This document shows, one piece after another, positions 44,940 to 58,620 of a stretch of 64,000 bases of DNA (position 1 is the first letter of the stretch; every line of letters starts with the position of its first letter). This DNA is from Paraspadella gotoi. Lineage: Eukaryota > Animalia > Chaetognatha. The translations under genes were made by a program, and so were the position numbers. Under the pieces are notes generated by a model. The model was not told the origin of the DNA and searched no databases. It worked only from the letters and a program-made list of their open reading frames with translations. Location of the stretch: positions 23,856,773-23,920,772 of the forward strand of contig CM119268.1 in the NCBI GenBank assembly GCA_051294375.1. The letters are read 5' to 3'.

Positions 44940-45956
44940 CATCGGTTTCAATTTTATTTTGTCAGGAAATCATGAATGCATTTTCATGCTCTTCTTTTTC
45001 TTCTTCCTTTTTCATCACCTTTTTTCCTTTTTTTTCTTTTTTTCTTTTCACTCAATCTCCTCCTTTTTTGGTAAACCCTAAACAAAAGAGGACGGCACTA
45101 TTTTATGAGAGCGTCCAATTTTAATTCCTTAATTTCTTAGCTAAATTATAAATTAATAATAAACTAATTACTTAACCTTAAATATAGTTCTCCAACTTAA
45201 TACCTAAACTTATCCCCTAACCCCTAACCATAATCCTTAACCAAATCACAAAGCTAACCCCAAACCATATTCCCTAACCTAGCCTCCATCTTTATACCTA
45301 TACTTTAATTCTAAAAACCAGTTTAATTTTAAGTTTCATCTGAAATTGGTCATTTTTAGAAAATATGGGTGGAAAAAAAGAAAAGAAAAGAAAGAAGTTG
45401 TGGAAAGCAGAAAAATCCTTGAGAAGAAAAGAAAGAAAAAAGAAAAAAAAAGAAAAAAGAAAGAAAAAAAGAAAATCGTTTGAAAATTGGTTGAAAGAGA
45501 AGAACGTGATTGGAAATCACGGATTCGACTAAAAAAAAATCAAATAAAATTTAAAATCAAATATAAAACAAAACAAAAAAGTTTTTTTTTTTAAGTTTTA
45601 CTTTTATTTTTCCCTTTAGTTTTATCTCCGGTTTTTTTATATTATTCGAGGAAATTGAAAGAAATAAAAATTAAAATATAAAAGAAAAGGAAAAAAATTT
45701 TAAAAAAATTCAACGATTTTATTTGAGAAAGAAATAAATTGTTAGGTTTTAGGGGGATGCTTATTATAAATGAGAGAAACAATCAATAATTTACTTGGAG
45801 GCATCAATTTTACTAACCGCTCCTTAAATATATGAACCAGGAAAACTGGGCTTGAATCCAAAATGGTTTGGATGCAATTTATTATTTAAATAACCCAGTG
45901 AAATAAAAAATAATGAGTAATAACGGCTGACCTTAACCACAAATTTGATTTCTGAG

Positions 45957-45998
<42 letters not shown>

Positions 45999-47380
45999 GA
46001 GAGAGACATTCGTTATTCCTTCCACGTCTATCAGCATTACTCGCTTTTCGAAAAAAATTCCTACTTGAGAGATTAAGAGAAAATCGTGTTGGAGTAAAAA
46101 CGTGGGTTGAGATTTAGGTTGCATTTCGTTGAGGCTCTGCTGCCTTGAACATAGGCAAAGAAAAAAGTAAGGTAATATAATTATACCTAATAAAAAGTAG
46201 GATATGAGATATTAAATAAGACAAGATCGGTCCATCCTATGTGTTTCGCCGCAGTGACTTTATTTTCGCGTGAATTCCCCTCTGATCACATGACTACATG
46301 AAGAGGAAATTTATGTATAACAAACGTTTTATGGTTGATCACTACTCTGCAAGGTTTCATTTCAAACAACCAGACATTACACGAAATATGCCGCATTTAC
46401 TTTGTGATTACGTGACCGCAGTATTGTGTGGTCACGTGACTACAAAAGTATGAAACATATGTACAAAAAACTTTTAGTATTGTCTAACCAGTCAAGTATG
46501 AACTAAAACAAGGTCGGNNNNNNNNNNNNNNNNNNNNNNNNNNNNNNNNNNNNNNNNNNNNNNNNNNNNNNNNNNNNNNNNNNNNNNNNNNNNNNNNNNN
46601 NNNNNNNNNNNNNNNNNNNNNNNNNNNNNNNNNNNNNNNNNNNNNNNNNNNNNNNNNNNNNNNNNNNNNNNNNNNNNNNNNNNNNNNNNNNNNNNNNNNN
46701 NNNNNNNNNNNNNNNNNNNNNNNNNNNNNNNNNNNNNNNNNNNNNNNNNNNNNNNNNNNNNNNNNNNNNNNNNNNNNNNNNNNNNNNNNNNNNNNNNNNN
46801 NNNNNNNNNNNNNNNNNNNNNNNNNNNNNNNNNNNNNNNNNNNNNNNNNNNNNNNNNNNNNNNNNNNNNNNNNNNNNNNNNNNNNNNNNNNNNNNNNNNN
46901 NNNNNNNNNNNNNNNNNNNNNNNNNNNNNNNNNNNNNNNNNNNNNNNNNNNNNNNNNNNNNNNNNNNNNNNNNNNNNNNNNNNNNNNNNNNNNNNNNNNN
47001 NNNNNNNNNNNNNNNNNNNNNNNNNNNNNNNNNNNNNNNNNNNNNNNNNNNNNNNNNNNNNNNNNNNNNNNNNNNNNNNNNNNNNNNNNNNNNNNNNNNN
47101 NNNNNNNNNNNNNNNNNNNNNNNNNNNNNNNNNNNNNNNNNNNNNNNNNNNNNNNNNNNNNNNNNNNNNNNNNNNNNNNNNNNNNNNNNNNNNNNNNNNN
47201 NNNNNNNNNNNNNNNNNNNNNNNNNNNNNNNNNNNNNNNNNNNNNNNNNNNNNNNNNNNNNNNNNNNNNNNNNNNNNNNNNNNNNNNNNNNNNNNNNNNN
47301 NNNNNNNNNNNNNNNNNNNNNNNNNNNNNNNNNNNNNNNNNNNNNNNNNNNNNNNNNNNNNNNNNNNNNNNNNNNNNNNN

Positions 47381-47411
<31 letters not shown>

Positions 47412-47416
<5 letters not shown>

Positions 47417-48190
47417 GGAAGACGACACCAAAGAGAATTAGCGCAAATGAGCAGAACCTTTGTTGTCGTTGTTGTTGTTTTGATTTTGTTTTTATTGTTT
47501 TATTTGTTTTTATCCCCAATTTCGGTCGCAGGTGGAACTTTTTTTGATCTCAGATCACGTGATCAGTCCTATTCTCTTTTCATTGTGGTGACTCTGGGTG
47601 GTCAGTGACCACTGGTCCCTCCAAAGGTGGAACAGATGGAAGTCATTCTGGTCACCAATCGATTCACCAAACGAATCATTTTTTTCTTTAATTTTCTTTT
47701 ATTTCCAACTCAANNNNNNNNNNNNNNNNNNNNNNNNNTGAAAGCGACCTGCCTATGTCATTATCTTGTAGGAGTGACTGGAGGCCTTAGACCACCAAAG
47801 CCCTTGAAGATAAGCTTATTTATTAAATGAATTGATAATTTATATTGTTTAACCAATTTCTTGAGTTGGAAAATAAAAGAAAATTTTAAAGAAAAAACAT
47901 GATTTCGTTTGCGTGAATCGATTTGGTGACCAGACATGGACTTCCATCTGTCCACCTTTGGACGGGACCGGTGGTCACTGACCACCCAGAGTCACCGACA
48001 ATGAAAAGAGAATAGGGACTGATCACGTGATCTGAGGTTCCAAAAAAAGTTTCCACCTTGGCGGACCGAAATTTGGCGGAGATAAAAACAATAAAACAAT
48101 TAAAAACAAAATCAAAACAACAACAACGGACAACAAAGGATCTGGGCTCATTTGCGCTGAATTTCTCTTTGGTCTGTCGTCTTCGGGTTT
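47412..48190. repeat. ~300-bp inverted duplication flanking an N-gap
   Basis: 47412-47712 is the reverse complement of ~47860-48190, with scattered 1-bp deletions. Confidence 0.8.
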
Positions 48191-48201
48191 CTCTCTCTCT
48201 C

Positions 48202-48234
<33 letters not shown>

Positions 48235-50014
48235 GGTCCTTTCAAACTTTCTCCTTTATTAACCTGGATTTCCTATCAATGAAGTGATATAATATTTTAA
48301 AGATTGTTTTAATTGTATGAAAAGACCACTCGGTTAAATATTAGAGTAGGGAATACTATAAAACTAAATAACTAATAATATTTTAAAACGAATTTCGTGA
48401 AATACTAAATTAATTCACACTCTTCAGACTTTTTCTATTGCAGATGGAAGCGATGAATTTCTCTCTCAATGTCGGGCGATTGATTTTAGAACATCTGGTG
48501 GCAAAATGGTCTTTATACGATTTATAACGTGCATGGTCAAGTTTGGGCGAGAATGGTCCGCCCGCATGTGAAATGGTGCCCAAGAAATGTCCTTGTTTAA
48601 TTGCTTCGAGTGGTCACGGTTCCAGCTGTAACATGGCCGCCTTTAAGAGTCGATCAGAATTCAGCTTACTTTCAAATAGAGCAATTTTCAGTTTAAATTA
48701 ATATAGGAAAAGTTTTTTTTGTTTTAATTATTAATTAAGTTAGTTTTTTAGGTTTAATGATAAAGTTAGCGGTAGGAATAATGGCTTAGGGAATTGGGTT
48801 AGGGAATTTGGTTAGAGATTAGGTTAGGGGATTAAGGTTTGGGATTGAGTTAAGAATATATTAAAAGTTATATTATAAATTATATAAACTATATTACATT
48901 ATTATATTATTTTATTTTATAAAATTATATAAATCATATTATAAATTATACATAGGAAGAAACAGAAATGGAACGTTTTCGCAAAATATGTCTCCCAACT
49001 CTTTTTCTGTAGACAAAAATAAGTTTTTCTTGAGACGAAAAAAAAATTATTTATTTGTTTTAATCTGAAAAATAAAAAAAAAAATAAAAAAAAATGTTTT
49101 TGTCTTTGACTTTTTTCTCTCAAATTTCGTTCAACTTTTTTCATCTCAACTAAAAAAAAAGAAAAAAATAATCTTAATTTTTTTAAAACAAAGAAACTGA
49201 TTAATCTTATCGCTAAACTAAAAAAAAAGATTTATCAACAGCTGCACCTCTGTCTAGAAAGAATTCTTTTTTTATTTTATAACATTTCAATTTAAACTAA
49301 ATCATTACCATTAGAGGGTTTTATTTTCAGAAACAGAAAATAACGTTTAATTCAATGTGTAGAATGATAGTTATTGGAAATGAAAATTATATTACTAATT
49401 AAAAATTCTTCCCTTTTATCGTAAAATGTATAACAGTTTCACACTACATTACGTTTCAAAGTAAAAAATGTTTGGCTGTTTGCCGTTTTTATTTTTCCAT
49501 TAATACAAAATTGTAAAATAATATTATTTCGTAATTGAAATTAATAATTATGCTACCTCTGTATTAGTTTAAACGTTTTCCCTTCTTATTGTAAAATGTA
49601 AAACTGTTTACGTTACATTCAAAATTGAAAAAAAGGTTAGCCGTTTCTCTTTCCAATTAATACATAAATTGCGTGCGACGTTTCAACTAAAATTTGGTTT
49701 GATTTATATCTCCTTCCATCTTAAAGATAAATGTTCCCCCGACTTTAATTTAAGAGATTTTTTCCTTCCAATCGGCGAAAAAACAATTATCAATTTTATT
49801 TCTTCCCATAATTTTATGCCTTTTTTTAAAAAGTATATTTCGTGAGGAAGTTTCAGAATGTGTAAGGTATAATTTAATTTTTATTATCTCTTATTCTTTG
49901 TTGCCTTTTAACATATCTGATATCGTTTAATATTTAATATTCAATTAAAGAATTTACCGCTAAGTTAAATTCAATATTTCAATGTCTCTGACTCTAATAA
50001 CTTTTAAATTTCAT

Positions 50015-50160
50015 TATTTAATATCTCATATTCTTAGTTGCCCTTTAATATCTCATATTCTTAGTTACCCTATAATATCTTATATTCTTAGTTGCCTTTT
50101 AATATCTCATATTCTTATTTGCCTTTTAATATCTCATATTCTTAGTTGCCTTTTAATATC
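50015..50160. repeat. 27-bp minisatellite (TTTAATATCTCATATTCTTAGTTGCC-like), ~5 copies
   Basis: Direct inspection. Confidence 0.9.
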
Positions 50161-50492
50161 TTTCAACGCGTCGAGACCCAAAATTCTTTCTTTTTTTATC
50201 TCAATAATAAATCAGGCCGCATTTACTGATTTTCCTTTGATCTTCTATTTATTTATCATTTTTATATTTTTCTGATTCAATCATTTTTCATGACCATTTT
50301 TTTTCCTTCCATTTAAAATCAGTTAAAAATCTCTACTAGGTGTCTTTGTAATAATAACAGTAAAGCACGTCACTCGAATGAATGCTCTTTTATGGCAACT
50401 ATTTGAAGATGGCATGAGTTACCATTAAGTGCCATAAGAGACACCTCGACTAAAAGTTTTCGTCGGGAACTTATGATCCAGGATGGACATGG

Positions 50493-50534
<42 letters not shown>

Positions 50535-52711
50535 CCATCTTCTTCTCTCTCTCTATCTCTCTGTCTCCCTCCCTCCCTCTCAGCTTATTGCACTTTTTGT
50601 CTCGTGTTCCCTCTCCCCCAGGACGATGTTGAGACCAAAAGTAAAGCCATAACATTTGGTACTTAGTAAAAGCGAAAAACGCCAGCTAAGGAAAATGAGA
50701 TAGGAAAAGAGACAAGAAGCAGAGAGAGAAAGANNNNNNNNNNNNNNNNNNNNNNNNNNNNNNNNNNNNNNNNGAAAGAAAGAAAGAGAGAAAGAATAGG
50801 AGAGAGGAAGAAAGAGAGAGAAAGGGAGAGGAAGAGAGAGGGAGAGGGAGAGATAGAGAAATAAAGAGAGAGCGTTTTAGATAGAGAAATAGAGAGAGAG
50901 CGTTTTAGAGGGTCGACGAAAATCAGAAACTAAGTTGATTCGAATCCCAAAGAGAAACGTGACTCAAAAGAGAGAGGGAGAATGATTTTTGCTCCCCCAT
51001 CTCTCTCTATCCCCCACTTTCTCTTTCTCTCTCTCTCTCTCTCTCTNNNNNNNNNNNNNNNNNNNNNNNNNNNNNNNNNNNNNNNNNNNNNNNNNNNNNN
51101 NNNNNNNNNNNNNNNNNNNNNNNNNNNNNNNNNNNNNNNNNNNNNNNNNNNNNNNNNNNNNNNNNNNNNNNNNNNNNNNNNNNNNNNNNNNNNNNNNNNN
51201 NNNNNNNNNNNNNNNNNNNNNNNNNNNNNNNNNNNNNNNNNNNNNNNNNNNNNNNNNNTTCTTTTTTCTTTTTTATTTATTTCTTGCTTTATTTCTTTAT
51301 ATCTTTCTTTCTTTCTCTTTTTATATCTTTTTGTCTTTATTTATTTCTTTCTTTCTTTCTCTCTTTCTTTTTTTTTTCTTTCCATTTCCAGCCAACTGTC
51401 ATGCTTTATCCTGATCGGCACCGATGCATTTGTTATAATCTCCTGAATGTCGTTTAACGGATACTCAACCAAATTTAACTTGTAACCAAAAATCAATTGA
51501 TTTTCTGTTAATCGTTTTTATTCTAATTTTAAAACTGTTCGAATTAAACGAGAAATCTACTTTTTTCGGTTTCTTGAAAAATCTCAATTTAAGTCGTTTA
51601 AAGTCGGCGAAGTCATGCACTCGCTCTCTATCTCACTCTCTCTTTTTTTACTCTCTTTGTCTTTATCTTTGTTTGTACTTTTCTCTTTTAATGGTTAAGT
51701 CAAAAAAAGGTGAAAAAAATCTAAATCTTAGCTAATCACAATTATAAGTTTGTATTTAATTTTTTTTCATTTTAAATATAATAATTTATCTAATTTATTA
51801 ATTAATTTATTTATCTAATTTATTTAATTTGTTATTAAAGTTGGAGCGGACCTTTTCTTCTCTTACTTAACATCTCTTACCTCTTTTCTTTTCTTTTCTT
51901 TTCTTTTCTTTTCTTTTCCCTCTCCGTCCTATCTTCTCTGTCTCTACCCAACTCTCGTATTCTCTTTCTTCTCTTCTCTCTTTCTCCACTTTTTCTCTCT
52001 CTCTATCTCTTTCCCCACTCACTCTCTATCTCTTCTCGTCTCTCTCTCTCTATCTCTTTCCCCACTCACTCTCNNNNNNNNNNNNNNNNNNNNNNNNNNN
52101 NNNNNNNNNNNNNNNNNNNNNNNNNNNNNNNNNNNNNNNNNNNNNNNNNNNNNNNNNNNNNNNNNNNNNNNNNNNNNNNNNNNNNNNNNNNNNNNNNNNN
52201 NNNNNNNNNNNNNNNNNNNNNNNNNNNNNNNNNNNNNNNNNNNNNNNNNNNNNNNNNNNNNNNNNNNNNNNNNNNNNNNNNNNNNNNNNNNNNNNNNNNN
52301 NNNNNNNNNNNNNNNNNNNNNNNNNNNNNNNNNNNNNNNNNNNNNNNNNNNNNNNNNNNNNNNNNNNNNNNNNNNNNNNNNNNNNNNNNNNNNNNNNNNN
52401 NNNNNNNNNNNNNNNNNNNNNNNNNNNNNNNNNNNNNNNNNNNNNNNNNNNNNNNNNNNNNNNNNNNNNCCTTGGTTTTCTTTTTCTCAGTATCTCTCTC
52501 TCTCTTCCTCTCTCTCTCTCTCTGAGTCGTTCTCTTCTCTCTCCTCTCTCCCCTCTCTCCTCTCTCTTCTCCTCTGCCTCATGTTCATAGTTTTGGAGGC
52601 GAATTAAAAAACTCGCTGATGGCTTAAATCTTGTCGACGAAGCTAATTAGAGTCTGACTGCGAAAAATGGGGGAGAGGGAGAAGATAAGAGTAAATGAAA
52701 AAAAAAACCAG

Positions 52712-52761
<50 letters not shown>

Positions 52762-52980
52762 AGAAGTCATTTTCGGCGTCGCGGATTGACTACTCACATT
52801 TGGTTCCGAAAGCAGATGCGACCACACGAAGGGGAAGGGAGACAGAGAACGAGAGAGATAGAGAGTGAGATGGAAGAGAGAGAGAGAGGTTTTGGTCAGA
52901 ATCTAAAAAAGTCGGGCGAAGAATTTGTCTCAGACTCAAATCGATAAAATTAAAAATTGGACAAAATTTGGAAATATTAT

Positions 52981-53142
52981 TTTAGACATGAAACGAAAAA
53001 TTCGTTGGAACAGCAATTTTAGTTTTAGTGGTACGAGTCTTCAGTCTTCAGTCTTCAGTCTTCAGTCTTCAGCAAGCTTGCTGATGAAGACTAATAAAAA
53101 CTAAAATTGCTGTTCCAACGAATTTTTCGTTTCATGTCTAAA
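52981..53142. mobile_element. Head-to-head inverted Penelope-like LTR fragment: 46-bp perfect arms around a truncated hammerhead core
   Basis: 52981-53026 is the reverse complement of 53097-53142; the centre holds (GTCTTCA)x5, the palindrome TCAGCAAGCTTGCTGA, CTGATGAAGACT (53081-53092) and then AATAAA. Confidence 0.6.
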
Positions 53143-54176
53143 CTATTTCAAACAGCAAAAGAGAAAGTCCAAATACAATGGAAATACTATTAAATATACT
53201 TGAGTCTTTATTCAAAATGTATTATTAGCAATCAATATTTTTATTGATAATAATAAAATAATTTGATTGGTACATTCAATTTTAATTTTTTTAATTAATT
53301 AATATCAAATATGAATTTATATTACAAAAACTAAACAATGCTTAATTATTTAAGGATCAGCTCGATTATTACCTGAAGGATATTATTAAAAGTATAATAT
53401 TTTTAACTTTTTAAATTATTTTTTAAATCAATCTTATGCTACTACCACAATCGCCTTTGTGAAACTTTCACAACTGAAGCGATCAAACAAAACAAAATGT
53501 TCACAAATAAACAGATGGTCCACACTCAGAACTTTTTTCCGCTCAGTTTTCTGTGTTGAGCTTCAAATCAACTGAACCAGGAATTTGTTTTGGTCCGCGA
53601 TTCGACTTTCCCCTTGACTCATTGAGTGGGATTTCATTGGGAGCTTGTTTGGGTGGGTCTTTGCTTGCTTAGGGTGGGTTCAATGCCATTTTAGGGGGTG
53701 CTTGTCTGGATGGGTCTTTGCTTGCTTAGGGTCAGCTCAATGTCGTTTTATTGGACATTTGTCGGTGATCTCATCATGTTGTTCTTTAGGTGAATTTGTG
53801 TTTTTTTTTATGAGATCGACCGATAATTGAATATTAAAACAATTAGGAAGCATGGCATGACATGACATGGCATGACGTCAACCATATCAGCATTTTTAAC
53901 GTTTAGTGAATATGAAATGTTTATTTTATTACAAAAGAATGATTAGACTATAATTGAGAGCCTGAGACACTGAAGCAGATACAGAAAACAGAGATATGGA
54001 GAGAGAGATTGAAAGGCGAGAGAGAAGAGATAGAGAGATAGAGAGAGAGACAAAGGAAGAGAGAAAGAGGGAGAGAGAGAGAAAACAGAGAGAAGTGAAA
54101 GAGAGAACAAAAATACAGAAAAACAGAGAAATAGAGAAAGAGAAAGAGATGAAGAGAGGAAAGAGGAAACTATAAG

Positions 54177-54235
<59 letters not shown>

Positions 54236-55684
54236 AGAGAAGAGAGAGAGAGAGAGAAGAGAGAGAGAGCAGAGAGAAGAAAGAGCGAAAAGAAGAGAGA
54301 AGATCAGAGTGAGACAGAAATACAGAAAAACAGAGAGATAGAGAGAGAGATGAAGAGAGAGAAAGAGAGAAGGAGAGAGAGGGAGAGATATTATGCAATA
54401 AATAAATGTCTGTGTCGTATTCGGCCTTGGTTCTCTCGAGGTCGCTCCTCGCAATTTTGCCTTTGCACAAATTTCGTGCTATCCTCTACATCATTTCCAT
54501 CAATCTTCTCCATCATTACTGTCAATTCACTTCATCATTTCCATCAATTTTCCCTTCATTTTCATTAATCCTCTTCAACATTACCAGAAATCCTCTGCTT
54601 TGGAAGCTCGTTATTAAGTCACCGCACTGCATCATTTTCATTAATTATTTTCATCATTTCCATTAAACCTTTACATCATTTACACTAATCCTCTTCATTA
54701 TTTCCATCAGTTCTCCCTTATTATTTAATTCTTTCACCATTTCGTTCTATCCTCCCGATCATTTACGTCAAATCTCCTAATCATTTCCGTCATTTCACTT
54801 CATCATTTCCATTAATCCTCTTCATTATTTCCATCAGTTCTCCCTTATTCACTTCATCATTAATCCCCTCCAAAATTTACGTCAATCCTTTCTATCATTT
54901 ACACCAATCCTTTCACACTTTTTTGTCAGTCCTCTCCATCATTTCCATCAACTCTATTTATCATTTCCACCAATTTCATCTATAATTTTCATTATTTCCG
55001 TAAATTCTTTCCAAATTTATCATTCCTATCATTTTAGTCATTTTTTTTATCATTTCTCTTCATTCTCTTTATTATTTCAGTCAATTATCACCACTTCACC
55101 ATTTTCTCAGTTCTTACTATAGTTTTCTCCTTTTTTTATTTTATGATATATAATTTATATTTGTTGTACCAATTTCATATGTATATATTATTTCTATAAA
55201 TTTAATTTCCTTCTTTATTTCATTTCTTTTTCCTCAAACCTTTTAACTCATTTTTTCTTCATTTTTTGCTGCTTTTCTCTTTATTCTACTGACAACTCGA
55301 TTTTTGGGGGGCAGAATGAGGAGGGGAAGAAAGAGGGAGAGAGAGGGAGAGGAGAGAGGAAGAGGAGAGTGGAGAGAGGGAAAAGAGAAAGGAAGAGGTG
55401 AAGGGAAAAATGACGACGGAAGGAGCTCCTCCTCCTCCTCCTCCTCCTCCTCCTCCTCCTCTTCCTCTCTCCGTGGGAGGTGAGGTCGAGAGGAAACGAA
55501 GCGAGAGGCAGTGAAGATTTTTGTTGTTGTTGTTGTTGTAAGAGAAAGAATGATAGAGAGCGAGTTCCGGGTCGAGGGGTGAGGGGGAAGATGTGGTTAC
55601 GGATAGAGTGGGTGAGGGGAGACGGACGAGGTGGGCGAGTGGATTTGACTTGTGTGGTCAAAAGTCATCAACTTGTCTGAGATA

Positions 55685-55745
<61 letters not shown>

Positions 55746-56066
55746 TCTCTACTCATCATCTCTCTCTCTCAATACATCTCAACATCTGCGTTTTTCAGTT
55801 TTATTCTTTTTTTTTTTTCAAAGAAAGAAAATGTTTGACGATAGAAAATCACTCAAGAGAAAAAGAAATTCTAATAAATATTATCTATTTAATAAATAAA
55901 TTAGCTATATTGCCTCGTGAATTAGTTTATTAGCTATCATTTTTAATTATTTATGACTAATAGTTTCGTGGATAAAAATAAAATCGATTGACGATTAAGT
56001 TGTCGTCTTAACGAGTCGTTGTCGTCTTCTTCTTCATCTTCTTCGTCATCATCGTCGTCATCGTTG

Positions 56067-56098
<32 letters not shown>

Positions 56099-57043
56099 TT
56101 CATCGTCCGATAATCGTCGGATTGTACGGTCATCAAAATCCGTCCGTCCGTCCAAAACATCTTCCTATAGCCTTTTTAATTGTTTGATCGTACGGGCTTC
56201 CGGCCATCCGTCTCGTCAGGTTGTCCGGTCGTCCGTCCGTCTGTCCGGTTGTCCATCCGTCCATCGACATAGGGGAGAGAGACAAAGGGGAGAAAGCGTG
56301 ACGCAGTTTTACATTTTTAATTTAATTTTGTTTAATAAACATGAAGAGAATAGAGAAATAGAATAGAGAAATTTAAAACATTTGAGGGGAAAAACATTAA
56401 CTCAAAAGTTGACGTGTTACTACATGACTGAAGGCTGTTTGTGGGAGTTCCCCTTCAAAGCAAGCGTTTATCAATCCATTGACTGTTGTGGCTGAGGTCT
56501 TTGGGCCTCCCGTTGGGCGAAAGACTCTTCTTAGGCTCAACGGATATTGTACCACTTGTGTTTTGGTCTCTGGTCAATCATCTCCTACGGATTCAAGTAG
56601 ATTCGAGTCGGGAATATAATTTTGGTCGTGATTCATTCTTCCGCTGTTTTGGCTTTTTGTGTTTTTGCTGGACCATGTACATTTTACAATGAGTGGTCAC
56701 TACAGTTTGACTAGAAAGATAGTTTTCGGATGTGGATGTAGCGGTAAATACTTTAGCGTATTAGCCTTTCTGTCTTGAATATTTTCTTATTCATATTTAA
56801 GGTATAAAACGTATTTCATTTCGTTATTTTTAAATAATAATTTTAAAACTAAAATTAATTTTTTTTTCGGGGAGAATATTCAATATGAGATAGAAAGAGA
56901 AGAAAGAAAAATAGAAAGATTAAGCAGAAGGAAATGAGTGGGAGATAGGAATGTACTGTGTGAGAGGTAGAATCTTGATACAGAGAGAGAGGGAGAGAGA
57001 GAGAGAGATAGGGAGAGAGAGAGAGAGGGAGACTCGGAAGGAA

Positions 57044-57074
<31 letters not shown>

Positions 57075-58309
57075 GGGAGGAGGAGGCGGAGGAAGAGGAG
57101 AAGAGGGAGAAATGGGTTTGAGGGAGAGTAAAATCGGGTCAGGGAAGATTTTAAGGTTTTGATGCGAGTCAATGGGTAATTATTTTAGCGGAAGATATTA
57201 TTAAAATTACTACTTTATTTAAGTTATTTTCATTTATTATAATATTAGTTAATATTTAATATTATTTAATATTATTCAATGAATGAAAAAAGAATTAAGT
57301 ATTTCAAAGGATTGATAGAAAGAAGAGAGAAGGGGTTTGGTAAATCTGGATGGGAAGAAGAGAAAGAAGAAGCGAGGGGCAGAAGTTTAGTTTCGCGGGG
57401 GCGAACGAACTTAAAGATTCGCTCGTTGAATTAAGACTCAGAAAAAGCAAACAGCGTGACGTCTGGCCGATGGTGAACGGGAGAAGAATTTTGATATCGA
57501 GGCTTGGTGAAGATGAGGAAGAAAGAAAGAAGGAAAGAAAGAAAGAAAAACACTTAAAGGCAGGTTTGGGAAGTATTTACTTAAGATTTATTTCTGAAAA
57601 AAAAAAGAAAAAACTTAAATAAAAAAACAAAACAACAACAAAAAAAATAACCCAAAACTAAATTTTTCTTTCTTTTTTTGTTGATATTTTTATCTCCTCT
57701 CTTTTGATTTTCTTTTGTTTTGTGAACATTTTATTACCCTCTTCTTTTCCTTTTTCTCTTCTCTTCTCTTTTTCTCTTCTTTTCTTTTCTTTTCTTTTCT
57801 TTTCTTTTCTTTTCCTTTCTTTTTTTTCTTTTCTTTTCTTTTCTTTTCTTTTCTTATCATCTCTACTCTTCTTTTTTTCTTCTCTTCTCTTCTTTTTTCT
57901 TTTCTTCTCTTCTCTTCTCTCCCCACTTCTCTAGCCAATCGGCCACTTGACCTCCAAACGAGAATCAATCGAGAGACGAAGTTTTTCTCTTCCGTTTCTT
58001 GTTGTTGTTGTTTTTGTTTTTGTTTTTTCGTGAGTCTTGTTGTTGTTGAGGTCGAACACGAATTAAAATGTTATAGTTCTTGTGTATTCAAAGACTTACC
58101 TTCTTCATTCTCATATATTTATTCTTTGTAAAAAGCCTTGCATTTTTAATTTGACATTCTGCATACTGCAAACTTCATTTTAATGGATTTTGGATGAGTT
58201 TTATTAGCATAATTTTACTTTCCGTAGTTTTCTATCATCACTCTAATGGTTGCAAAACGAATTTAAATTTAATATGAACTACTACCGCAAAAACTTGTAA
58301 AAAGGATTC

Positions 58310-58620
58310 CATTCTACATTTTATATTTTACATTCTATATTTTACATTCTTTGTTCAACATTCTAAATTCTATATTTTACATTTTTTATTCTAAATTTTA
58401 CATTCTATATTTTATTCTAAATTTTACATTCTATATTTTATTCTACATTTTATATTTTACATTCTTTATTTTACATTCTACATTCTATATTTTACATTCT
58501 ATATTTTACATTCTACATTCTATATTTTATATTTTATATTTTAGATTCTACATTCTATATTTTACATTCTTTATTCTACATTTTACATTCTATATTTTAT
58601 ATTCTACTTTCTACATTCTT
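58310..58620. repeat. TTTTACATTCTATA-type 7/14-bp tandem repeat
   Basis: Direct inspection. Confidence 0.9.

Noticed and set aside
47412-48190. Large fold-back element or hairpin RNA locus
   Set aside because: The arms straddle an N-gap and one arm has scattered single-base deletions, typical of a gap-filling artefact; needs read support.
56400-56760. Complex-sequence island possibly coding or retroelement-derived
   Set aside because: No convincing ORF, motif or second copy in the window.
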